Part shown: positions 1-12,374 of the stretch, piece after piece | Layout of the letters: each line of letters begins with the position of its first letter | Position numbering within the stretch: position 1 is the stretch's first letter | NCBI GenBank assembly: GCA_000004695.1 | Contig: CM000152.2 | Coordinates: 160,001-224,000, forward strand | Length of the DNA: 64,000 nt | Source of the DNA: Dictyostelium discoideum | Lineage: Eukaryota | Direction of reading: 5' to 3' | Notes under the pieces: model-generated | The model's input: the letters and a program-made list of their open reading frames with translations, nothing else | The model's database searches: none | What the model was told of the DNA's origin: nothing | Position numbers and translations under genes: made by a program

Positions 1-68
1 ATAGTAACAAGATAATTTTTAATAAATTTTTATTAAAAATAGAAAATTCTTTATTTTTATTTAATCAA

Positions 69-1593
69 ATGTTTAAGCTGGTACATCAAGATGTTATAGA
101 TTCAATTATTAAATTAGATATTGAAGTTTTTTTAAATAATTGGATTGTAAAATTGGAGCAACACCATAGTATGTCTATGCACTATTCCAAATCAAGTATT
201 GATCATTCACATTTTGGTCTTGATGGAACAGTAATTGGAGTACCATTTGAAATTGAAACCATTAAACAAATAATAACAAAGCTTACTAGGTTGAAAATAT
301 GTTTAACAAAAAAGAAAAATATAACTCATTTTGATATATTAAAATTACTTGAACCATTGATTTCTATCAAATATAAACCATTAATCTCTGATAAATCCAT
401 TTCAATTATAAATAAATTTTTAAAGTTAAGGGAATCTAAAGAAATTGAATATTCAAATTTATTGAAAATATCAACATGTTCTATAAATAGTTCGAAAATT
501 ATTTTAAAATCTAGATTCATAAAAAATACTTTAAATATTCAAAGTGATTTATTTAATGGTCAATATAGACCAAATCTAATTACATCACAAATATCAAGTA
601 TTATTAAAGGTTACTCAAATATTAATCAAGTATTAGAAGATATTAAAAATAATAAATCAACTTTAAAATTATCAGATCACCAATTAGAGACATTATTAAA
701 AGATGAAAATTTTGAAAAAATGGGAGAGAATGAACAAGGTTTAGTATTCTCGTTAATTGAAAAATCATCTTTAAGATATCTTAAATTAAAAGGTAGTTCA
801 TTAATTAAATTTTCAATTTTTAAACAATTTGATTTAAATTCAATTTCAAAAATCGACTTTGAAAATTGTAATAATTTAAAATCTTTTGGAGATTTAACTA
901 TTTTTAAACCAATCTTTTTATCTTCACTAGTAGTACTAAAATTTAAAAATTGTAAAATGTTAACATCCATTTTCATAAATGCACCAAATTTAGAAAAACT
1001 TTATGTAAAGAATAGTCCAATCATTGAAAACATTGAAACATTCTCACCAAATTTAAAATCCTTAAATTTAAATAGATCAATAAATAATTTAATAATATTA
1101 GATTCTATAAATAATTATAAATATTTGGTGAATTTAAATATATCAAACATATCAAAATCTATATTAAATTCAAAACTTCACTTTTATTTTAACGAATTAG
1201 AATATTTAACAATTAAAAATAATGAAATTTTAAAAGTTTTTTATTTTATACTTCCAAATGTTAAATCAATTAATTTACAAGGTTGTAAAAATATAACTGA
1301 AATTTATTTTAAAGAAAACGAAACTGAAAATTTAATAGGAATTTCAAATAAATCTATTTCATTCAACCAAGGTTTAGACTACATAATTGAAAAATCATTA
1401 CTTTTTACAGAGTCAAATATAGAGGAGCTAAATCAATATTATTTACATTCAAAAGGTAAGTCATTATATATAATTCAAAAAATTAAAAAAAAAAAAAAAA
1501 TTATTAATATTTAATATTTACTTTTAATTTTTTAAAACAGGTGCAAAGGAGAGATTATTTATGTATTCAATAACCAATGTACCTGAATTTTAA
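69..1593 (+). CDS. Leucine-rich-repeat-like hypothetical protein, two exons (join 69..1455,1541..1593)
   Basis: ORF 69..1514 has a GTAAGT donor at 1456-1461 and a tttaaaacAG acceptor at 1539-1540. Splicing keeps the frame (G|GT Gly codon) and reaches TAA at 1591-1593. The protein is full of LxxLxLxxN/C leucine-rich segments (NLEKLYVKNSPIIENIETFSPNLKSLNLN...). An AT-rich 5' flank supports the ATG at 69. Confidence 0.6.
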
Positions 1594-2119
1594 ACTATAC
1601 ATTTGAGATATGGTAATTTCATGAGAAAAAAAATAAATTAAAAAAATTAAAAAAACTAAACAAAATTAAAAAAAATAAAATAAAATAAAATTTTAAATAA
1701 AATTTAAAAATAGACCAATCAATCAATCAATAAATAAATAAATAAACAAAAAAAAATGTTTAAAGAAGGGTAATTTTAGTGAATATTGTTTTCTAAGAAA
1801 TTTTTTTAATACAAAAGATTGTAAATCCACTTTCATATTTTTGCAGCATTTAAAAAACATTGATATTTATTTTATTTTATCTTATTTATTTTAATTTAAT
1901 ATCATGTAAATTAATTTTTTTTTTTTTTTTTTATTTCTTTTATTTAATTTTATTAAAAAAAAAAAAAGAAAAAAAAAAAAAAAAAAAAAGAAAATAAACC
2001 AAATAATTGTTTTTTTTTTTTTTTTTTTTTACAAAAATACAGTGTTTTTTTTAGTTTTTTTTTTATTATTATTTATTTATTTACAAAATTTGTATATAAA
2101 TTTATATATACAAATAAAA

Positions 2120-2377
2120 TTAGCTTGGTGATGGGTTGAGAGCTGGATTACCACTATTGTCACCTACTTCTTCTAAGAATCTTTGTTCAGCAGATAAAGT
2201 GTTGAAACAAGATTTGTGGATAGCATACAATGAAGCGAATCTTTCGTTCTTACTACTTAAATTAAGGGTTGATAAGAATTTGCTTGAATCTATGGTATTC
2301 TTTGAAAAGTTAACGAGGTTTGAACCGTTTGAATAAACTTTAGTTGATGATTGAATTAATTTACCAATGGAATTCAT
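2120..2377 (-). CDS. Small hypothetical protein (85 aa, Ser/Asn-rich)
   Basis: Intact 85-codon ORF with higher GC than its surroundings, and a GC-containing 5' leader on the minus strand at 2380-2470. I recognise no family. The overlapping plus-strand ORF 2136..2336 is judged spurious. Confidence 0.45.
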   Translation of the reverse strand: MNSIGKLIQSSTKVYSNGSNLVNFSKNTIDSSKFLSTLNLSSKNERFASLYAIHKSCFNTLSAEQRFLEEVGDNSGNPALNPSPS

Positions 2378-3635
2378 TTTTGATTTGTATTGAATTTTTT
2401 TTTTTAATACGACGGGAATTGATTAGATTTTGTGCGTTTTAATTTGGATAAAATTGAATTTTTATGTAAAGAGTTGTTTATAATGATATTATTTATCGAA
2501 GCCAATTTAAAATTTAATATAATATAGCTTTTAAAAAATATTATATATTAAAATTTAAAAAAATTTAAAATTGGTAATTATGAAATATTAAAAGGGAAAT
2601 AAAATAATTATTATTGGTAAATGTTTAATGAAAATTGAAAATAAAAAATAATTTTTTGATTCTGTTGTTTTTTTTTTTTTTTGTTTTTTTTTTTGTATTT
2701 TTTCAAATAAATAAATAAAAAAAATAATAATTTAAAAAATAAAAAAAATTAATAATTAGTATAAAAAAGTAATAAAAATAGAAATTATAATAATTATAAA
2801 TTTTTTTTTTTTTTTTAAATACATTATTAAGAAAAACTGCCTTTAAATAAAAAGAAAAAAAAAAAGAAGGCAACCAGTACAAAAAAAAATTATTTTTCAC
2901 CACAATACTCAAATTTTTATGTATCCAGCCAGCTTATAGATTATAATAATTACTATTATTATTATAATATTTTTTTAATACATCTTTTGTTTGTTGGTAT
3001 GAGGTGTGGTAAAATAATATTTTTTATTATAATTATTTGCCATATTTTTTTATTTTTTTTTTTTTATTTTATTTGCTTTTGTTTATTACATCATTGGATT
3101 TTTTTTTTTTTTTATTTTATTTTTTTTTTTTTATTTATTTATTAAAAACTTACAAATTATTTCCTTTTTTTTTTTCTTTTTTTTTTTTGAATTAATTGAT
3201 TGCGAGAGTGAATTAAAAATGATTAATATTTGTGAAACCTTTTTGCCTTTTATTCTTTTTTTTTTGTAATTTTTTAAAAAAAAAAAAAATTAAATAAAAT
3301 AAAATTTAAAATAAAAAAAAACAAAAATTAAAAAAAAATATTATTATTTTTTAGCATTGAAAAATTGACATTTTGTGACACTTTTCAAATAAACTTAAAA
3401 AAGATTTTCAAATCTAGATTTTAAATTCGATAATTATAATATTTTTTTTTTTTTTTATTACAATAATGGTTTTTTTTTTACTTTATTTTTGGGAATTTAT
3501 TAATAATTTATGATTATTTTCGTAATAGTTGAAACTTTATTTTTATTTTTTTTTTTTTTTTTTTTTAATTTTTTATTTTTTTTTTTTTTATAATAATAAA
3601 ACAAGGGGTTAAAAAATTAAGTTTTACTATTTTTT

Positions 3636-3670
<35 letters not shown>

Positions 3671-3789
3671 GTTTTTTTTTTACTGTTTTTTTATCTTAAA
3701 AACTAACCCTTTTAGGTGTGCCTGTGTCACTTTTTTTTTTTTAGAAATTTTTCGAAAATAGAAAAGAATAGGATCACAACAATTCTTGA

Positions 3790-3793
<4 letters not shown>

Positions 3794-3836
<43 letters not shown>
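3794..3836. repeat. poly(T) homopolymer (about 43 nt), one of many long A/T homopolymers in the 2.4-4.6 kb spacer
   Basis: Uninterrupted T run. Confidence 0.9.
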
Positions 3837-3841
<5 letters not shown>

Positions 3842-4514
3842 TATTTTTATTTTATTTGTTTAATTTCATTTATTTTTCAAATGGTTTTTGTTATTGATTT
3901 TTTTTTTTTTTTTTTATTATTTTATTATTTTTTTAATTTTTTTTTTCTTTCCTTTGTGTTAAATTAAAATAATAACTTGTGAAAGTAAATATCTTTTTAT
4001 TTTTATTTATTATCATAATAATAAAAGTGTGAGAAAATTGTTGTAAAAGTATCTTAAGATATTATTTTTTAAGTTATTATTAGAAAGAAAAAAAAAAATA
4101 AAAAAATAAAATAAAAATAAAAATAATTTAATTTTTTTTTTATTTTAATTATTTTTTATTTTAATTTTTTGTTGAAATTAATTCCAAAAAAAAAATATTT
4201 ATTTTTAGTGACCAATTAGGGTGATTTGAGAAAAAAAAAATAAAAAAAAAAAATTGAAAATAATCCAAAAAAAAAAAAAAAAAAAAAAAAAAATTTAATT
4301 TTATTAAATTATTTTATTATTATTTTATTATTATATATATTTTTTTTATCTTTATTAATTTTCATGAATTACTAAACGATTTTCGTTTAAACCCAAAAAT
4401 TGGTCACTAACATCCAACTCACTCACCAATTGATGAATTGATTTTAAAATTGATTGATTATAAAGTAATGACTTTGGTAATGGTGGATTTGATTTAACTT
4501 GATAAATCTATTTT

Positions 4515-4552
<38 letters not shown>

Positions 4553-4576
4553 TAAATATAAATATAATCAAATGTT

Positions 4577-4607
<31 letters not shown>

Positions 4608-4615
<8 letters not shown>

Positions 4616-5921
4616 TACATACATTATCTTGAAACTCTTTATGTAAATAAAAAGTAGCATGACAAAAGATAAATCTAATAATGAAAGATCTTAAGAAATC
4701 ATCCAATAAAAAGAAAGAAAAGGATGGATGTAAATCAACACATTCAAACAATAATTTTGAGATGATCTCTAAACTGTTTTGAGCCAATAAACTAATGTTA
4801 TTAAATGTTTTTGATGGTATCTTATTGCCACAAGAGATATCACAAAAAGCACTAATTGGATCGTGTAAAAAGAATGTAAATAAATTACCACATTTTAAAT
4901 TTGATACCAATTCTAAAAATAAATGATAGAAAATAAAGATATCAATAAATATGTATATTGTATGTGAGATATATAAATAATGTACATACTCTTTGGTATT
5001 GATTGTGGGGATAATAGTGAAACGAATGGTTGATTAAATGTTGGAAGTTCATTGAAAATATCACTTGATTGAGAGTTCACAATTAAAAAGAATGGTTTTC
5101 TACAAAATGGTAATAAATCCATTGGATATAATGATTCAACCTTTGTATTGAAAGGTGCTTCATTATATTTATAAATTGGAATATTTGATGTTGTTGATGT
5201 TGAAGTTGAGTTTGTTGTTGTTGTAGTGGTGGTGGTTTGAGCTGTTACATTTGTTGCTGTTGTTGTAGTGGTTGGAACTGTTACATTTGTTGTAGTATTG
5301 TTGTTGTTATTATTTACTGTTGGTGAATTTATTGCTTGTGAGGGTTTTTGCATATTTAATGTTAAACCTTTTGTAAACAATTTATTATATAATGGATTTG
5401 TTGCTGTTGCTGTTGTAGTAATTGGAATATTTGTATTTGAATCATCAATCAATGATGGTACAGTTTCTTGTTGAATTGATGGTGGTGGTTGTATATGTTG
5501 ATTTACATGATTATCTTCATTTGTGAAACCATCAGCACAAATATAGAGTAACATTGCTTTATTATCACCCAATTCCTTGAATGAATATGATAAAAATAAT
5601 AATATTTGTGAAATTGTTGGCCTATACAATAAGTATTTATGTGGATTCCTTTTCTTAATTCCACTACCATTACCATTTTGTTGTTGTTGTTGTTGATGAT
5701 GTAAATGTTGTTGAAGTGGTTGTGAGGGTATTGTTGTGTTTTGTTGATCTGTTCCATTATTCTTTTCTTTTGCCTCTGCTGCTTGTTGTTGTTGTTGTTG
5801 TTGTAATGCTGTTAATTGTTGTTTTAATTTCATATCATTTTCTTTTGCTTCACTCATTGGTTCATATTCTAATGATTGTGTCATTCTAAACATATCTAAT
5901 GTAATTTCACTAAATTTAATC

Positions 5922-5961
<40 letters not shown>

Positions 5962-7062
5962 TATTTTTTAAAATATATTAAATAATGATAATATCTATTG
6001 TTTACTATATTAATTACTTACTTGATTTTGTTGACTTCCAACTAAAATTGCTTGTTGTAAAATTTGAGTAGATTCTAATGGGAAAGGTGGTGATGGGCAA
6101 TTTAAATGATTTAAACGATGTGATTGAACTGTATTATTTGTATGTTCACCATTATTATTGTTGCTATTGCTATTATTATTTATAATATTACCACTATTTG
6201 TTAAAGATGGTGATTGATTTGTATCAGAGAAAGTTGCACATTGATCAGCTTGTAAGAAAGAAAAGATTTCTTGTAATACTAAACTCCATTCTTGAGCATC
6301 AGATGGTTTATAAATTTTAGTATAATCATTAACATGTTTTAATAACTCTTCAATTAAATCGAATACTACTTTCTTTTTATTTAATAATAAACAAACTACA
6401 ATGAATCTTGCATAGTAACGTAATTGTTTAACCATCATATCTGGTGTTTTATCTAATGAAACATCTTTAAAATATGATCTTAATCTAATAGCTTCATAAA
6501 ATATATATGATTCATTTAAATAATTTGTGTCACTAGTTCTTAAATAATAATGATAATATAATCTTTATAATTATTGATAATAATAATAGTTTGAAATTAG
6601 TATTTAAATATATATATATATATATATGTAAATTATAATTTACATTGAGACTTACTGTCCAATTTTTGAAGCGATTTCACCAATTTCACATCTTTTTAGA
6701 CCATATTTTGATTTATCTTCAAGAATTGAACGATATTGTTGTTGAAATTTCCATAATTTTGTATAGAGTTCAAATGTTTTTTGAAAGAATGGTTGCCATT
6801 GTCTACCAAATTGTGGAAGATCTCTTAATCCTATAAATAATCTTTGTGATTTTCTTAATAAATGTTCAAATGTTTTAATAATCTCTGTGGGTAATACTGT
6901 TATTGGTTGTGCTGATGTTGATGAAGTTGTTGTTGTTGTTGAATTATTGGGTGGTGATGTATGACCAGTTGCACTATTTTCTGATTTTATTGGTGTTACT
7001 GTTTTATTATTATTATTATTTAAATCATCAGTTGTTGTTGATGATTTTGTAGTGATTTCCAT
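4608..7062 (-). CDS. scai: SCAI-family protein (suppressor of cancer cell invasion homologue), 4 exons: complement(join(4608..4912,4990..5920,6022..6562,6656..7062))
   Basis: Exon 1 ends CA|GTAAGT at 6655. The acceptor AG at 6563-6564 gives ...IGQ-LYYHYYLRTSDTNYLNESYIFYEAIRLRSYF...LRYYARFIVVCLLLNK..., which matches the SCAI domain. The second intron runs CAA|GTAAGT at 6021 to TAG at 5921-5922. The third runs A|GTATGT at 4989 to tttttAG at 4913-4914, and the frame continues to TAA at 4608. All phases are consistent and the total is 728 codons. Confidence 0.7.
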
Positions 7063-7303
7063 TATTTAATTTATAAATACAATGCAATGTATTTAATTAA
7101 TATGAAAAAAAAAATATAAAAAAATAAAAACACAAAAATATTAAAAAAAAAAAAATTAAAAAAAAAAAAAAATTGAAAAAAAAAAAAATATATTTTTTTT
7201 TTTGTTTTTATTAATTTGGATCCCTTTTTATTAATATAGTATTTTTTTTTTTTTTTGTTTTTATTTATTTTATTTTTTTTTTTTTTTTTTTTTTTTTTTA
7301 TTA

Positions 7304-7864
7304 TTATAAAGCAATTGCACGGAAATCATTAGCCAAACTACCAATTACACCAAATGCATCAAATTTATCTTGTTTTTCATTGAATGTTCCCAAAATAAAA
7401 GTTGTTTTAGTTTTTTCAAGTGAAAATCCACATTTGGTTTTAGAATTAAAACCGTAAATAGAATATTTTGATACACCTTCAACAATATAACCGTCACCCA
7501 ATAATTCAATACCACAATTTGCAACCACTTCTTTATTTAATTGACCCAATGGAGTTTTTTCAAAATATTTTGATAAATTAATACCTTGTTTTGGAAATGA
7601 TTTGGTATTAATATTTTTATTTGTAATTACAATTCCATTCAAATCAAAAATAACAACACCACTAATATAATCATGTTCAAATAAATTTGTAATAATTTGT
7701 TTCCAAAATTGACCACCATCTTCATTTTCAATTACATCATTTAAATTTTTTTTATTATTATTATTATTATCGTTACTACCACCAGCTTCATTATTTAAAA
7801 TTTTTTTTTTATTTTCATTTTGTTTATTATTATTATTATTTTTTTTGGAAGTTCTGATTGACAT
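7304..7864 (-). CDS. Profilin-like protein with N-terminal Asn/Lys-rich extension
   Basis: Single ORF. The C-terminal about 130 aa align to the profilin fold (GIELLGDGYIVEGVSKYSIYGFNSKTKCGFSLEKTKTTFILGTFNE ~ GLxLGGxKYMVIQGExGAVIRGKKGxGGVTIKKTxQALVIGIYDE). The first about 50 aa are low complexity. Confidence 0.6.
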   Translation of the reverse strand: MSIRTSKKNNNNNKQNENKKKILNNEAGGSNDNNNNNKKNLNDVIENEDGGQFWKQIITNLFEHDYISGVVIFDLNGIVITNKNINTKSFPKQGINLSKYFEKTPLGQLNKEVVANCGIELLGDGYIVEGVSKYSIYGFNSKTKCGFSLEKTKTTFILGTFNEKQDKFDAFGVIGSLANDFRAIAL

Positions 7865-8536
7865 TTTTTTTTTTTTTTTTTTTTTTTTTAATAGAATCTA
7901 ATAATATAATAAATTTTTATTGTTACAAAAAAAAAAAAAAAAACAATAACAAAAAAAAAAAAAAAAATACAAAAGTACAAAAAAAAAAAAAAAATAAATA
8001 AATAAAATTAGTAAAATAATAAATTAAAATAATAAGTGAAATATATTACAAAAATATTTCATAGAGGTGTGGGTGTGTTAATAAAAAAAATATGAAAAAA
8101 ACAAGTTTGGGGGTTTGAATATATGCCATTGCTTTGTTTGGTGGTTTAAATAAATAATAATAATAATAATAATAGTAATAATAATAATAAAAAAAAAAAA
8201 AAAAAAAGAATATTCATTAATATTAGAAAAAAAAAAAAAGATTTCAGTTTTGAACCAAAATAAATCAATAATTTTATATTTCCAATAATCCCTCCTCATA
8301 GGGGAGAAAAAAAAAAATAAAAAATAAAAATAAAATAAAGTGTTTAAAAATAAAAAATAAAAATAAAATAAATTTTTTTTTTTTTTTTTTTTTTTTCTCT
8401 TTTAATCCTCAAATTGTCTAAAAAGAATTTTATTATTAAAAAATCGATCATCAATTATAACTTTTGTTTATTTTATTTTTATTAATTAATTTTATTTATT
8501 TTTTTATTTTTTTTTTATTTTTTTTTTTTTAATTTT

Positions 8537-8575
<39 letters not shown>

Positions 8576-8686
8576 GATAATTTTTTATTTTTTTTTATTT
8601 TGTTAAATATTTCTTTTTTTTTTTTTTTTTGGTTTTAAAAAATTATATATATTATTTATATATATATTTTATTTATATATTAAAAA

Positions 8687-10015
8687 ATGGCAAAAATAAT
8701 TAAACCACCAACACAAGAAGAAATGAGAGATTTAACATCATTATTATCATCAGGTGAACCATATGAAATATTAGGATGTGATCCTGATTCAACACAAAAA
8801 GAAATAACAAAAAGATATAGAGATTTAGCAAGAAAACATCACCCAGATAAACAACAGCATAATGGTAATAATAAAAACGATGGTGGTGATATGATGACAA
8901 AGATTAACAATGCATACAAGTTACTCTCAAATGAAAGATTTAAAGAAGTCTATGACGTCTATCTATTACAAGAGATGATGATGGATGGTGATGGTAGTGG
9001 TAGTGGTGGTGTTGATTTTGATACAGATAGAATATATCGTGAAGCTAGATTCAAAAACATCTTATTAACCTCACTTGGACTCTTATTCAACACTTTCTCA
9101 ATCCCATTCAGAACTATAGCTGTTGTAATTCAATCAAATCCAACCATAATCAAACCAATGACTGTACTAAAATCAATGACCAAAGGACACGGTTTCTTCA
9201 AAGGTCTATTCAGGGGCACCGCCTTCCTCCTCTCTTCATCAGTATTAGAATTAATTCGTGAGAAATCAATTGAAACTTCATTTAAATATATTGACAATTT
9301 AATAATACCATCATCATCATCATCTGACAGTGGTAGTGGTAGTGGTGGTAGTAAAAAATTACAAATTTTAAAATCATTTATAAATATATTCACTAAAGCA
9401 ATATTAAATTTCCCAATTCGTATGATTGGTAATATTTTAATATTGTCACCACCTGGGTATGGTGTATTTAGAGTTATTAAGGATGTAATATTACGTTATG
9501 ATCAAGCCACCACTGGTAATATCATTATGAGCGTTAGCAATGGTAGAGCCCCGCCAATTCAGTGGAAGAATTTATTCTACTCGTTGGGTTATTCATTGGC
9601 AATTGTTTATAGTAAAAAGTTGATTATAAAAGGTTTGAAGGTTATTGATATTCATGTTTACGAAGGTAGTATCAAAGATCCAAATAGTAAACTCTATCGT
9701 TACTCAAACTATCTCCTTAGTAAAACTTTATTCCGTGTCGCTTTGCAAACCATCCTCGTTAATCCATTCGATGTTTTGCATTCTCAATATCCACGTATCC
9801 TTTTAGATAGTTGGTTAAATGGTTCCATACCTGTACCTGTTGCTCAGAATCCAATCTCATTGGCAATCGATATCTATCGCTCAAATAATAATAGTATAAC
9901 TAAATTCTTTAATGGTGTAATTCCATTATTCTTTTGTAAGATTTTCGAAGATTTTTGTGAGCAATGTGATGTTAGTGATATTGATGATTATGAAGATGAC
10001 GATATTTATGCTTAA
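8687..10015 (+). CDS. DnaJ (J-domain) protein, 442 aa
   Basis: N-terminal J domain with the HPD motif (YEILGCDPDSTQKEITKRYRDLARKHHPDK...AYKLLSNERFKEVYD). Intact single ORF ending in an acidic DDYEDDDIYA tail. Confidence 0.88.
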   Translation: MAKIIKPPTQEEMRDLTSLLSSGEPYEILGCDPDSTQKEITKRYRDLARKHHPDKQQHNGNNKNDGGDMMTKINNAYKLLSNERFKEVYDVYLLQEMMMDGDGSGSGGVDFDTDRIYREARFKNILLTSLGLLFNTFSIPFRTIAVVIQSNPTIIKPMTVLKSMTKGHGFFKGLFRGTAFLLSSSVLELIREKSIETSFKYIDNLIIPSSSSSDSGSGSGGSKKLQILKSFINIFTKAILNFPIRMIGNILILSPPGYGVFRVIKDVILRYDQATTGNIIMSVSNGRAPPIQWKNLFYSLGYSLAIVYSKKLIIKGLKVIDIHVYEGSIKDPNSKLYRYSNYLLSKTLFRVALQTILVNPFDVLHSQYPRILLDSWLNGSIPVPVAQNPISLAIDIYRSNNNSITKFFNGVIPLFFCKIFEDFCEQCDVSDIDDYEDDDIYA

Positions 10016-10688
10016 AAAAAAAATAAAAAATAAAAAATAAAAAATAAAAAATAAAAAAAGAACTAAAAATAGAAATTTTAAAAATTTAAAAAAAAAAACT
10101 AAAAATAGAAATTTTTTAAATATTAAAAAAAAAAAAACTAATATTCAAGATTGGAATTCATTATTACTGTTTTGTTTTTTTTTTTTTTGCTTTTATACCA
10201 AAAAAATAATAATAACGTTTAATTAAAAAAAAAATAAAACTTCTCAAATAGCCAAGATATTCCTGATTTTTCTTTAAATAAAGATATTAGAAAAAAAAAA
10301 ATAAAAAAATAAAATAATAAAATAAAAATAAAAATTTTAAAAAAAAAATTTTATTTTATAAAAAAAAAAATAAAAAAATAGAAAAACCAAATAAAAAAAA
10401 AAATTACAAAAAAAAAAAAAAAAAAAAAAAAAAACTCACACATTTTAAATTAAAGAAACAATTAGTAAATTATTTATTTCAAAAGGAAAAATAAAAAAAA
10501 TAAAAAAAATAAAAAAAAATAAAAAAAATAAAAAAATAAAGGGATAGGAAAAATAAATAAAAAAAAAAAAAAAAAAAAAAAAAGGTTACAAAAAAAATAA
10601 AAAATAAAAAAAAAAAAAAACAAAAAAAAAAAAAAAAAAAGGAAAAAAAAAAAAAAAAAAAAACTTATTCTTAAAAAAAAAAAAAAAA

Positions 10689-11377
10689 ATGAATATCTCA
10701 CCACCGCCACCTCTATCACATCCACACCACTCATATTCCAGTCACCAAAACAACAACAACAACAATAACAACCACCATCATAGCTCTAACAGCCATAGTC
10801 ATCACAGTAATAGCAATATGTACTCTCAGCAACAACAACAACAACAACAACCGCCGCCACCACCACCATCCCAGCAACATCATTTAAATTATCATAACAC
10901 TTCAACTCCACCACCACCTCCACCATTACAACATCATAGTGGTCACAATAATTCATACCATCATCAATATAGTAGTGTGACGCAACCAAGTATAGTTATA
11001 AGCCATTATCCGCCACCACCTCCACCACCTCCAACGGTGCCACCTCCTCCACCTCCATTACCTTCAAATAATACAATCGAACAACAACAACAACAACACT
11101 ATAACAACTCTTTTCAATCCAATGTACCATATAATAATCAACAACACTCACCTCAACAAACCACCCCATCAAAAAAAAATAATCCGCATGCTTCTCAAAA
11201 TAATAAAAATTGTATGTTTAATAATTAAATCGTATTTTATTTAGTAGTGAAAATATATAAATAAAAAATAAAAAATAAATAGTAATAACAATAATAAAAA
11301 TAAAAAACAAAAAAAAAACAATAAATAATAAATAATAATAATAATAACAATAATAAAAAATAAATAAAAAAACAATA

Positions 11378-11412
<35 letters not shown>

Positions 11413-11547
11413 TATAAATTTACTAACAAATCCTATTAATATTAAATAGTTAAAAAACAAAACCCATTCAATGGAAATACTACTGGTAACTCTACAGTTG
11501 TTTCAAAAAGTTTAACACCACCCTCTCATAATAATGTAAATAATAAC

Positions 11548-11621
<74 letters not shown>

Positions 11622-12374
11622 TAACAACAATAATAATAGCGGTAAGAAATATAAAAATGATCAAAGAAAAAGGTCATCAAGTGATAGTAATGCAAAACGT
11701 AATGGAGGTGGTAATGACTATTATAATCATAATAACTATTACAATAATAATAATAATAATAATAATAATAATCACCACCATCATCATCATTCAAATAGTA
11801 ATAGTAATTATTATAATTCAACTGCCGAAAACTATAATAACAATGGCTATTATAATAATAACAATAATAACAATAATAATGGTAATAATAATAACAATAA
11901 TAATGGTAATAATAATAATAACAATAATAATAATGAACCAATATTCTTTAAGGATTCTGATAAAGCAATACCAGAACTAATGAAAGAATATTTAGGTAGC
12001 TACTCTGAAGTTCATTTGGATCCTCATCCTCAACCAAATATTTACGCAATATTAAAAGAATATTTAAAAGATTTCTCTGCTCATAAAGAAGAAAGAGAAA
12101 GAAATAAATATCAACCAACAAGATGGCAAGAATATGCTATAAAACTTTTTATGTATACTGTATGTATTATTAAAAATTACAAATTAAAAATTAAAAATAA
12201 TAATAATAAAATAAACAAATTAACTAACCCAAAAGTTTTTTTTTATTTATTATTATATATTTTTAGTTGAAATTAAAAGAATTTGAATATGCTATTCATA
12301 AAAATGATTTACAAAGCTTATTAAACAGGGCAAAGAGTCATAAAGAGATTGAATTGGAGAATATTATCAATAAC
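10689..12374 (+). CDS. Asn/Pro/Gln/His-rich low-complexity hypothetical protein, 3 exons (join 10689..11211,11450..12159,12267..12374)
   Basis: Exon 1 is Pro/Gln-rich, with a GTATGT donor at 11212. A 238 bp AT-rich intron ends at attaaatAG (11448-11449). Exon 2 is open in frame 1 from 11450 to 12159 (poly-Asn, a His6 run, then non-repetitive EPIFFKDSDKAIPELMKEYLGSYSEVHLDPHPQPNIYAILKEY...). The second intron runs GTATGT 12160 to ttttAG 12265-12266, and the terminal exon reaches TAA at 12372-12374. Confidence 0.6.
11533..11640. repeat. (AAT)n coding poly-Asn tract in the N-rich gene
   Basis: Near-perfect AAT array, in frame 1 of exon 2. Confidence 0.9.

Noticed and set aside
1456-1514. Unspliced continuation of ORF 69..1514 (…YIIQKIKKKKKIINI*)
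   Set aside because: It reads through a GTAAGT…AG intron and a poly-A tract. The spliced model restores a sensible C-terminus.
5268-5757. ORFs 5268..5474(+) and 5503..5757(-) inside the SCAI exon
   Set aside because: These are antisense or alternative-frame readings of poly-Thr/poly-Gln codon repeats.
2703-10734. Poly-Phe/poly-Lys ORFs (2703..2912, 8078..8299, 10474..10734, 13874..14148, 22674..22883, 30074..30391, 33540..33818, 37798..37983, 42171..42851 and others)
   Set aside because: These are translations of A/T homopolymers and microsatellites in intergenic spacers.
11218-11980. ORFs 11218..11460(-), 11241..11429(-), 11492..11941(-) and 11657..11980(+)
   Set aside because: These are antisense or off-frame readings of (AAT)n and A/T-rich intron DNA of the N-rich gene, with poly-Y/poly-I products.
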